From the sequence record NC_100372.1: a stretch of 64,000 bases of DNA; one strand, written 5' to 3'. Position numbers and translations under genes: made by a program. The DNA comes from a phage. Positions 29,212 to 35,854 of the stretch are shown piece after piece (position 1 is the first letter of the stretch; the number at the start of each line of letters is the position of its first letter). The notes beneath the pieces were generated by a model. That model saw nothing but the letters and a program-made list of their open reading frames with translations. It searched no databases and had not been told where the DNA came from.

Positions 29212-29308
29212 TGCTAGGTGATGGAATCGAACCACCTATGTATTCAACGACTACCTCGTCTATTTTCAGGATTAAAAATCCTCGCCCTTGCCAAAGGGCT
29301 TACCTAGC
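29212..29308 (-). ncRNA. atypical 97-nt tRNA-like element (possible Lys-UUU-type anticodon loop; not a canonical fold)
   Basis: Perfect 7-bp acceptor GCTAGGT/ACCTAGC, D arm GCCC-TTTGGCAA-GGGC, T arm GGTGG-TTCGATT-CCATC, but the central region is two short hairpins (AGGATTTTTAATCCT and GACGAGGTAGTCGTT), about 31 nt between anticodon-like hairpin and T stem; A at position 8; 3' end ACCT not CCA. Confidence 0.4.
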
Positions 29309-29406
29309 GCAATATGTTGACCATGTGGCTAGTCGGCGATGACGACTGTAACATTTGATAATCCGGTTCTGCTTCCGGCTTTCGCTTAATTACAAGGTCA
29401 ACAATG

Positions 29407-29497
29407 TGGCGGAGAGTAATGGAATCGAACCATCATCGAGTCATCCTCAACGGGACGGTTTTCAAGACCGCTTGAGCACCATTGCTCCCTACCCTCC
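29407..29497 (-). tRNA. tRNA-Ser (anticodon TGA), type II with long variable arm, CCA encoded
   Basis: Manual fold: acceptor GGAGGGT/ACTCTCC (one G-T), anticodon stem GCGGT/ACCGT with loop CTTGAAA, variable arm about 17 nt, T arm GATGG-TTCGATT-CCATT, 3' GCCA. Confidence 0.7.
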
Positions 29498-29611
29498 TTT
29501 ATAAATTACACTGATAATGACACTGATTTTCGAGCAGTTAGTGACTAGTATAAACGACGATAAATATCAATGTCATTATCTGTATGATTTATGCATTTAA
29601 AAATATAAATT

Positions 29612-29698
29612 TGGTGGGGAGTGGTGGAGTCGAACCACCCGAGTCGCAATGACAATAGATTTACAGTCTACACCGCTACCTCTACGGGATAACTCCCC
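29612..29698 (-). tRNA. tRNA-Tyr (anticodon GTA), long variable arm, CCA encoded
   Basis: Manual fold: acceptor GGGGAGT/ACTCCCC, anticodon stem GTAGA/TCTAT with loop CTGTAAA, T arm GGTGG-TTCGACT-CCACC, 3' ACCA. Confidence 0.7.
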
Positions 29699-29702
29699 AA
29701 TT

Positions 29703-29777
29703 TGGCACCCCGTACTGGACTCGAACCAGTGTCAACGGCTTAGAAGGCCGCTGCTTTATCCACTAAGCTAACAGGGC
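29703..29777 (-). tRNA. tRNA-Arg (anticodon TCT), CCA encoded
   Basis: Manual fold: acceptor GCCCTGT/ACGGGGT (two G-T), D arm GCTT/AAGC, anticodon stem GCGGC/GCCGT with loop CTTCTAA, T arm ACTGG-TTCGAGT-CCAGT, 3' GCCA. Confidence 0.7.
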
Positions 29778-29835
29778 ACTGGGTGGCTTTCTTTTACACC
29801 TGAGCCGCCAGAAAAGGTGGGAGACCATGTTTATA

Positions 29836-29864
29836 ATATTACACTGTTAGGCAAAGTTTGTCAA
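29836..29864 (-). promoter_or_regulatory. consensus sigma70-type promoter for the tRNA operon
   Basis: Minus strand TTGACA (29864-29859), 17-nt spacer, TAATAT (29841-29836); about 60 nt upstream of tRNA-Arg 5' end. Confidence 0.6.
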
Positions 29865-29873
29865 GAAAATATT

Positions 29874-30212
29874 TTAACTATTGCCAACAGGCTGTATTTC
29901 TGTGGTAAATGGCATAAAAGGTGCTGGTTTTTCAGCCTCTTCTACTACCACCTCTTCCTCTTCACCAAACATCTCATCATATTCTTCCTGCATTCGGTCT
30001 GCCTTATCAAGAACATACTCTGCAATGCTTTGACGAATATTTTGTTTGGTTTTCGGGTCCAACATCAGCTCTCTTAAAACTTTGTGAGCTTCTGGAACCA
30101 TCGCTATAAAAGATTCCTTCATATCAAGAATGTTCTTCTCTAGCTGAATGGCGTTGGACTCCTCTTTCAGAGGTCTGCCTCTACGGCGACGCTTTTTAGT
30201 TGTATCCGCCAT
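29874..30212 (-). CDS. small basic protein with AT-hook-like motif
   Basis: Start set at internal ATG 30212 with RBS GGAGGA (ORF track start at 30332 lacks RBS); N-terminus MADTTKKRRRRGRPLKEE has GRP AT-hook core; acidic C-terminus. Confidence 0.4.
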   Translation of the reverse strand: MADTTKKRRRRGRPLKEESNAIQLEKNILDMKESFIAMVPEAHKVLRELMLDPKTKQNIRQSIAEYVLDKADRMQEEYDEMFGEEEEVVVEEAEKPAPFMPFTTEIQPVGNS

Positions 30213-30557
30213 GTTTCCTCCATTATCACGTGATAGGTGGATTTTATCACGGCAAATACTGATTGTCAAGTTCGCCGCAGGGTGGTATTCCCTGCGACTT
30301 GCCCAGCGTCCTGGACCAGCAAGACCCAACAAGTGGGTTACCAGATACCCATTACCGCGCTCTGGCTCGACCTTATTACAGGTTGGCTGGGGTCACATCG
30401 TCATGTGCTGGCTGCCCCTACCATTTTAAGTGTGGTGCACTATCAAGCCCTCTAAGGGGAACTCAGCCTTCTCCGAACCCTGTTTCAAAGCATCCGGAGA
30501 TAAAGCCATCAAACTCATCTTTAAATTGGATATTCATCATGATACACGAAAACAACC

Positions 30558-30800
30558 TCATTGTAAAGCACAAATAAATAAAACATACTTAATTTGTTTG
30601 TTATCGGGCTCAGGGTAGAAGTAGAAGATCTTGCTATCACCAATCTGAACACCACCATCCCAACAACATAAACCATAACCAGTATTCATACAAGCTAAGT
30701 CGTTGGCAAAATCTATTGCATCATCTAGTGCACGAAATTCACCTTCATCTTCTAAATAATCCTCATTCATGGAACGGAAAACGAGCTTAACCTTAAACAT
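30558..30800 (-). CDS. hypothetical protein
   Basis: 80-aa ORF on the minus strand. Confidence 0.3.
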   Translation of the reverse strand: MFKVKLVFRSMNEDYLEDEGEFRALDDAIDFANDLACMNTGYGLCCWDGGVQIGDSKIFYFYPEPDNKQIKYVLFICALQ

Positions 30801-30876
30801 AGCATTACCTGTAGACCTCGTAAGTTAAAATTGTATCACATCATATTGCAGATCTTATCAGGTAACATTATTTTTG

Positions 30877-31086
30877 TCAACAGATTCCGGCCTTATCCTT
30901 CCTGTCTGCGTATTCTTTAATCGCAACCTCACCTGCATTGGTGACTAGATCTTCAAAGTAATTCTCAAGCTCCTCGTCAATGTCCGGTGACCAGCTCTTT
31001 TTCCTGTCGGTGTGAATTGCAGACTTGTTGAACTTATTACAGTTCTTTGCTACCGGATTGTTCATTAAGCTCTCCTCAACGTTCAT
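30877..31086 (-). CDS. hypothetical protein
   Basis: 69-aa ORF; stop overlaps the start region of the upstream 192-aa gene. Confidence 0.25.
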   Translation of the reverse strand: MNVEESLMNNPVAKNCNKFNKSAIHTDRKKSWSPDIDEELENYFEDLVTNAGEVAIKEYADRKDKAGIC

Positions 31087-31654
31087 AGTAAATCTTATTC
31101 AACATTACCTCATCGTTTGCAGAAAGGATATCAAGATATGCATCACCAAATCTGCCTGCAACAACCTCTGCATGATACATCACTTCGTTAACATCGTCAA
31201 GAGTGATAACCGGATGACCATATCTTTCTGAATATTGTCTCAGGGTGCGATGTAACGAGTCGTCATCATATGCAGACTTTTTAATATCACAAACACGACG
31301 AATAGCCTTGATGTCGAAAAAACCTGTGCGATACCACCCAAGAAAAAAGTTCCGTGTAGTGTCAACATCTACATCAATACCATTAAGAACCTTATCTACA
31401 AGATAGCTGTCATCCTTTGGACTAGTGTCCTTAGTGCGAATGTAGTTGCCATCTTTTCCAGGTGATAGCTCCTTCTCATCACCAACCTGCATGCCATCAT
31501 TTGGCGGTGTTAGCCACTTATCAGGATGCTTACGATCACGAGCGTTAGAATGATTACGCTGGAAACCTGGCTTCCACTTGAAAGTTTTCTCCATCTGTTC
31601 TTCATTCTGATAACGTTTTGCAATCTTTTCACTGGCATCTTTGCGTGAACTCAT
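31076..31654 (-). CDS. hypothetical protein
   Basis: 192-aa ORF with RBS-like GAGGAG upstream of ATG at 31654; preceded on the minus strand by about 660 bp of ORF-free sequence. Confidence 0.4.
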   Translation of the reverse strand: MSSRKDASEKIAKRYQNEEQMEKTFKWKPGFQRNHSNARDRKHPDKWLTPPNDGMQVGDEKELSPGKDGNYIRTKDTSPKDDSYLVDKVLNGIDVDVDTTRNFFLGWYRTGFFDIKAIRRVCDIKKSAYDDDSLHRTLRQYSERYGHPVITLDDVNEVMYHAEVVAGRFGDAYLDILSANDEVMLNKIYYER

Positions 31655-32160
31655 AGCAGACTCCTCTTCAAGTTATAGAAAAAACTCACTGTATCGCTTT
31701 GTAACGAGCTTTTCTATCAAACTGGTGCGATTGCCTTACTTGGTATAGTTTATATAGCTGTGGAGCGATTTAGGGGCCTTCTTGTCAGTTTCCACACATA
31801 AACTTTATCCGAACTCGCGCGGGAGGCTCTCAACCGACTCCTTCCGGCGCTGGCAAGCTTTCGTCGGTGGTCCACATTAGTGCTCGGCCTTTGGCCTGTG
31901 CTATCGCTTCGCTCCCACACATGTTAACAGTCCTGCATGTATGCACTTCTGTTATTGTGTGCACTATGGAGGCCCGGCATCTCGCCCCTCGTAGGCGAGT
32001 GCCAATGAAGGGCCGACACTACCCATAATAAGTAATAAATTTAAAACATGGTACTTAGGATCTAGTATATTCTACATAAGTTAAGTATATGTACTTTAGT
32101 ACCATAAGTACTAGATCTTTTATTTTTTATTATTTAGTTATTTTAGTTATATTCTTTATG

Positions 32161-32243
32161 TGTCCGTATCACGGACAGTTAGTGTCCGTATTACGGGCAA
32201 ATGTGTCCGCGTGACGGACAGTAGTGTCCGTATCACGGACAGT
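32161..32243. repeat. array of four phased palindromic sites (consensus GTGTCCGTATCACGGACAG)
   Basis: Copies start at 32161, 32183, 32204, 32225 (21-22 bp phasing); copies 1 and 4 identical, 2 and 3 degenerate; each has 7-bp inverted arms TGTCCGT / ACGGACA. Confidence 0.65.
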
Positions 32244-32316
32244 TACTAACCTCTGTTCCATAGTGAACATAAAACATACAAATCCTTATAGTACAGATGT
32301 TTAAGTTTTTACTGGT

Positions 32317-32667
32317 CTAACCAGTTGTTGACATTCGAATAACTTCTTCTGGTGGCAAAACTTTGGAAAATGTGCATCTTTTACCTCTCCCTTGTGTGGA
32401 TATTTCAACCACTCCTGCACATTCTAAAGTTTTAACGCACGCTGCTGCTTTTGTTTTCTTTATCCCAACATCTGCTGCAATTTTCCTTGTGCTGGGTGTG
32501 AAGCGTAAATTTTCTCCAAGCTTATACCAGTTGTGCAGGTAGCAGTATACGATCTTGTCATATAAGTCAAGAACAACAACCTCCCCAGTTGTGTCATTCA
32601 AAACTTTTGACATAGACAGTATTTCAAGGGGGACTTTAAGATATAGCAGCTTATCCCCATCTTTCAT
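32317..32667 (-). CDS. putative DNA-binding protein (helix-turn-helix / winged-helix-like)
   Basis: 116 aa; segment STRKIAADVGIKKTKAAACVKTLECAGVVEISTQGRGKRCTF resembles an HTH recognition helix plus wing; the palindromic array lies just 3' of this gene. Confidence 0.35.
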   Translation of the reverse strand: MKDGDKLLYLKVPLEILSMSKVLNDTTGEVVVLDLYDKIVYCYLHNWYKLGENLRFTPSTRKIAADVGIKKTKAAACVKTLECAGVVEISTQGRGKRCTFSKVLPPEEVIRMSTTG

Positions 32668-32714
32668 ATCTCCTGATTCTCCTTGTGTGGCAATTTTCTT
32701 TAAAATAGCAGGGA

Positions 32715-33269
32715 TTACTCCCCGCTGTCAATAGCAAGACTCATTGCAATACGGTATGCCTCTTCTAATGGTAAGAGTCTCCCCCACACATCCCAACCGA
32801 CATCAAACTGCCTGCCAAACAACTGCTGTGTGGTTCCGTGAGCATGACCGAACAGTTGGACTGATCCGTGAGGCTTTCTGTTCCACTTTGCAAACTGGTA
32901 ATGGCTCATACAGATCAAATTCTTGTTGTGGCGAAGCTCGTAATAATCTACAACCTCATGACCGAACTCTTTCATAATTCTGACAGTCGTCCTTGTGTCA
33001 TGGTTACCACGAACAAGAATAATATGTCCGTTCAACATATTTAGAACATCTGGAAGCAATTTGTTGATATTCTTATCATTAGTGCACGCAATATCCCCCA
33101 AGTGAAACACAGTGTCTGCAGGTGACACAACAGAGTTCCACTTGGTGATGATTCCCGCATTCATACTGTCAAGATTGTGATCATACTGAGATCTGTGTTT
33201 TTGACATGAGTCGAACTCCATTACCCGCTGGTGGAGAAAGTGTGTGTCGCTTGTTACAAAGTATTTCAT
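32715..33269 (-). CDS. calcineurin-like metallophosphoesterase (candidate RNA 3'-phosphatase)
   Basis: Start set at ATG 33269 with RBS GAGGAA; motifs SDTHF (DxH), GDIA (GDxx), VRGNHD (GNHD), GHAHG (GHxH). Confidence 0.7.
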   Translation of the reverse strand: MKYFVTSDTHFLHQRVMEFDSCQKHRSQYDHNLDSMNAGIITKWNSVVSPADTVFHLGDIACTNDKNINKLLPDVLNMLNGHIILVRGNHDTRTTVRIMKEFGHEVVDYYELRHNKNLICMSHYQFAKWNRKPHGSVQLFGHAHGTTQQLFGRQFDVGWDVWGRLLPLEEAYRIAMSLAIDSGE

Positions 33270-33276
33270 ACATTCC

Positions 33277-33687
33277 TCATTTAAGTTTAATGCAGTTTTT
33301 AAGCTGGCGTTCCATACGATCCACAACCCTGTCTGGAACATCATGAATGCTTTTATTACCATGGCGGTTTTCAACCACGATCACGGTATAACTATATCCA
33401 TGACTGATCGCCATGTCAATATATTCTTGCACATATTTTTCTTTTGTAAACGTATTACTTACCACGATACGGTCGTAGCCCATACGCATCATATCTTCTA
33501 CGTTATCTTTGCACCATTTTGCTGCAAGTGTTACTTTACTTGCATCCCAATTGTAATTGCCGTCATCGTCGTACCAGAACATATCGTTCTCAAAATGTGG
33601 ATACAGACCTTCTAAAGATAGCGCATTTGCCAGTGTTGATTTGCCAGACCCTGGTAGACCACGCACGATATATAGCATTTTAGACAT
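33277..33687 (-). CDS. P-loop kinase, polynucleotide 5'-kinase-like
   Basis: Start set at ATG 33687 with RBS GGAGAG; Walker A GLPGSGKST at N-terminus; 136 aa; 7 nt upstream of the phosphoesterase gene. Confidence 0.55.
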   Translation of the reverse strand: MSKMLYIVRGLPGSGKSTLANALSLEGLYPHFENDMFWYDDDGNYNWDASKVTLAAKWCKDNVEDMMRMGYDRIVVSNTFTKEKYVQEYIDMAISHGYSYTVIVVENRHGNKSIHDVPDRVVDRMERQLKNCIKLK

Positions 33688-33715
33688 AGTAACTCTCCGT
33701 TTTAATTTTAATGAT

Positions 33716-33744
33716 AGTATACCTAACTGTTTTGTTAATTTCAA
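33716..33744 (-). promoter_or_regulatory. sigma70-like promoter for kinase/phosphoesterase operon
   Basis: Minus strand TTGAAA (33744-33739), 17-nt spacer, TATACT (33721-33716); a plus-strand TTGACA at 33748-33753 suggests a divergent promoter for the ligase operon, but its -10 is weak. Confidence 0.45.
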
Positions 33745-33787
33745 GTGTTGACACCAAGTTATTTGTGTGGCAGGATAAAGGGACAAA

Positions 33788-34723
33788 ATGACAAATGAGG
33801 AATGTATAATGAAGTATTTTAATGCAGACAACCTAGTTGACAAAGGTCTTGTAACCAGCAGATATTACCCGGATCTTGGGTTAAAGATCTATAAATATGC
33901 CAGAAAAGTATTCTACAACAATTTATGGCATTTGTCTCCTCGTTTGCTGGAGTGCCGAGGCATTGTTGTCGGTAATGAAGGAAATGTTGTGGCATGGCCC
34001 TTCACAAAAGTGTTTAACTTGGGAGAAAATTCCACCAACCTGCCTGACAATAAACTTGTGACGGCGGTAGAGAAAAAGAACGGATTCCTTGGTGTGGTAT
34101 CATCTCATAAAGGTGAACTATTGTTCTCAACAACCGGGTCTCTTGATTCTCCATATTGTAACCTCGCAAAGGAAACAATCCAGGAGCAATGTGGTAATTT
34201 AGATCTTATCAAGAGGGTTATGGGCCATGAAAACATGACATTCATGTTTGAAATTTGTCACCCTTCAGATCCGCATATTGTTCAGGAAGATCATGGCGCA
34301 TATTTGATAGGTTGCAGATATAATGATTCTGGAATAATGCTACCAGAAGCAGCTTTAGATGGGATTGCCAAATACCTTGGTGCAAAACGTCCTCACACTG
34401 TGCGTGAAATTCCGTTCAGCTATGCAAAAGAATTAGCTGCAGAAACAAGAGGTGAAGGGTATATGATTCGTAAGCCTTACTACCCTTATGATCTGCAGCT
34501 GAAGATCAAGTCTCCATACTATTTGGCACGGAAGGCCGTAATGAGGGGTAAAGCTTGGAAGATTTGGGATGATGATATCTTTAAACGTGTTGACGAAGAG
34601 TTTTACGGCATGGTAAACTTCATTCGTAGAAACTACACAGAAGATGTGTGGAATTGCCTCCTGGAGCAGGAACGACGTGAGATACTTGACTGCTATTTCC
34701 ACAACGAGGACTATATGCAATGA
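33788..34723 (+). CDS. RNA ligase, Rnl2-like nucleotidyltransferase
   Basis: 311 aa; motif I EKKNGF (KxNG, cf. T4 Rnl2 KxHG), motif IV EGYMIRKP (cf. EGYVLKP), motif V LKIKS; alternative start at ATG 33809 with RBS GAGGAA. Confidence 0.6.
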   Translation: MTNEECIMKYFNADNLVDKGLVTSRYYPDLGLKIYKYARKVFYNNLWHLSPRLLECRGIVVGNEGNVVAWPFTKVFNLGENSTNLPDNKLVTAVEKKNGFLGVVSSHKGELLFSTTGSLDSPYCNLAKETIQEQCGNLDLIKRVMGHENMTFMFEICHPSDPHIVQEDHGAYLIGCRYNDSGIMLPEAALDGIAKYLGAKRPHTVREIPFSYAKELAAETRGEGYMIRKPYYPYDLQLKIKSPYYLARKAVMRGKAWKIWDDDIFKRVDEEFYGMVNFIRRNYTEDVWNCLLEQERREILDCYFHNEDYMQ

Positions 34724-35070
34724 AGAAGTTGATTGTGTGGCTGGATGACTTGAGAGATCCGTCAAATTATGGGCTCCCAGATGCTCTTTGGCTAAAGAAT
34801 TCCTCTGAGTTTATGGATTTTATTAACGATAAGGGAAAGCTCTACAGGCGCGTTTCTGAGTGGCACATGGACAACGACCTTGGAGAGGTATTTGAAGGGT
34901 ACGATTGCCTATCTATGCTGGAGGAAAAATTTGTATTTGGTAAGCCTCCTGTAGTTGACAACGTGAAGATTTTCGTGCATACTTCTAACCCATCAGCTGC
35001 TCGTAAATTCATGCTTGCTGCTGACTCGTTTAAAAAGTTTGGAATAGAGATTAAACAAAACATCTACTGA
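34720..35070 (+). CDS. hypothetical protein translationally coupled between RNA ligase and sirtuin
   Basis: 116 aa; start overlaps ligase stop (ATGA); no motif recognised. Confidence 0.4.
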   Translation: MKKLIVWLDDLRDPSNYGLPDALWLKNSSEFMDFINDKGKLYRRVSEWHMDNDLGEVFEGYDCLSMLEEKFVFGKPPVVDNVKIFVHTSNPSAARKFMLAADSFKKFGIEIKQNIY

Positions 35071-35078
35071 GGACACTT

Positions 35079-35840
35079 ATGCGACGACTGATCATTATCT
35101 CCGGTGCTGGTTTGAGCGCTGAATCTGGTATCCCAACTTTCCGATCTGGTGGCACTGCAATGTGGGAGAATTTCAGCATCGATGAGGTGTGTAACATCCA
35201 CACCTTTGCCAAGAACTATTATAAGGTTCATGACTTTTACAATGCACGGCGTGTAGCTCTGGGCAGTGTTGATCCTAACCTTGCACATCTCCGGATCGCT
35301 GAATGGTATTCCCGCTGGTCTGGTCGCGTGATCAACCTGACAACCAATGTAGATGATTTGCTGGAGCGTGCTGGTGTAAAACATGAAGATATTTTACATG
35401 TCCACGGATATTTGCCAGAAATAGTCTACGAGGATGATGAAGGGAGTAACGTCATTAAAGACATTGGATACTCTGAGGTAGATGCAAGCAAGTATACTTG
35501 GGTTAAGCCTAATGTCGTGTTCTTCGGAGAAGTAGCTCCAAAGTATACAGACATGTATGACCTGTTGACTTCTCTGACGAGCAATGATATGGTTATCCTT
35601 GTAGGGTGCTCCAACACAGTTATCAATTTTAACTGGGAGCTATTCCCTGCCTGTAATAAGGGGACCAAACTGCTGATCGTTAACAAATACGACTCACAGC
35701 ATTTAGGGGAGAATGGCATTTCACGTAGTGACATTTACCAGTATGAGGATCGCGGCATCCCAGTTTGGTTTAACGGGGCTGTTGACGCTTTCTCTGATAA
35801 AACATTCATTGACATCGTAGAAAACTTTATGGAACTGTAA
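35079..35840 (+). CDS. Sir2-family NAD-dependent deacylase / ADP-ribosyltransferase homologue lacking the zinc-binding cysteines
   Basis: 253 aa; GAGLSAESGIPTFRSGG NAD-binding motif, FYNARR, PNLAHL, TTNVDDLLERAG, catalytic HG (HVHGYL), VVFFGE, all paralleling E. coli CobB; no CxxC pairs in the expected zinc-ribbon region. Confidence 0.8.
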   Translation: MRRLIIISGAGLSAESGIPTFRSGGTAMWENFSIDEVCNIHTFAKNYYKVHDFYNARRVALGSVDPNLAHLRIAEWYSRWSGRVINLTTNVDDLLERAGVKHEDILHVHGYLPEIVYEDDEGSNVIKDIGYSEVDASKYTWVKPNVVFFGEVAPKYTDMYDLLTSLTSNDMVILVGCSNTVINFNWELFPACNKGTKLLIVNKYDSQHLGENGISRSDIYQYEDRGIPVWFNGAVDAFSDKTFIDIVENFMEL

Positions 35841-35854
35841 GCGGAGGCCTTTTA

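Noticed and set aside
29310-29406. Possible additional tRNA between the atypical element and tRNA-Ser
   Set aside because: No T-loop (TTCGA/TTCAA) signature or acceptor pairing found by eye; only a short CCGG...CCGG hairpin.
30148-30618. Three mutually overlapping plus-strand ORFs (30148..30429, 30237..30455, 30263..30577, 30430..30618)
   Set aside because: Overlap in different frames in a GC-rich island is a compositional artefact; no RBS or promoter; region reported as candidate noncoding RNA instead.
32161-32243. CRISPR array interpretation of the repeated 19-bp element
   Set aside because: Repeats are palindromic, only four copies, with spacers of 2-3 bp instead of 30-40 bp unique spacers, and no cas genes; operator/iteron array is the better explanation.
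33688-33843. ORF-track N-terminal extension of the kinase gene (start 33843) and of the phosphoesterase (start 33374)
   Set aside because: Extensions are hydrophobic/low-complexity, overlap the divergent promoter region or the upstream gene, and internal ATGs at 33687 and 33269 carry proper RBSs directly before the catalytic motifs.
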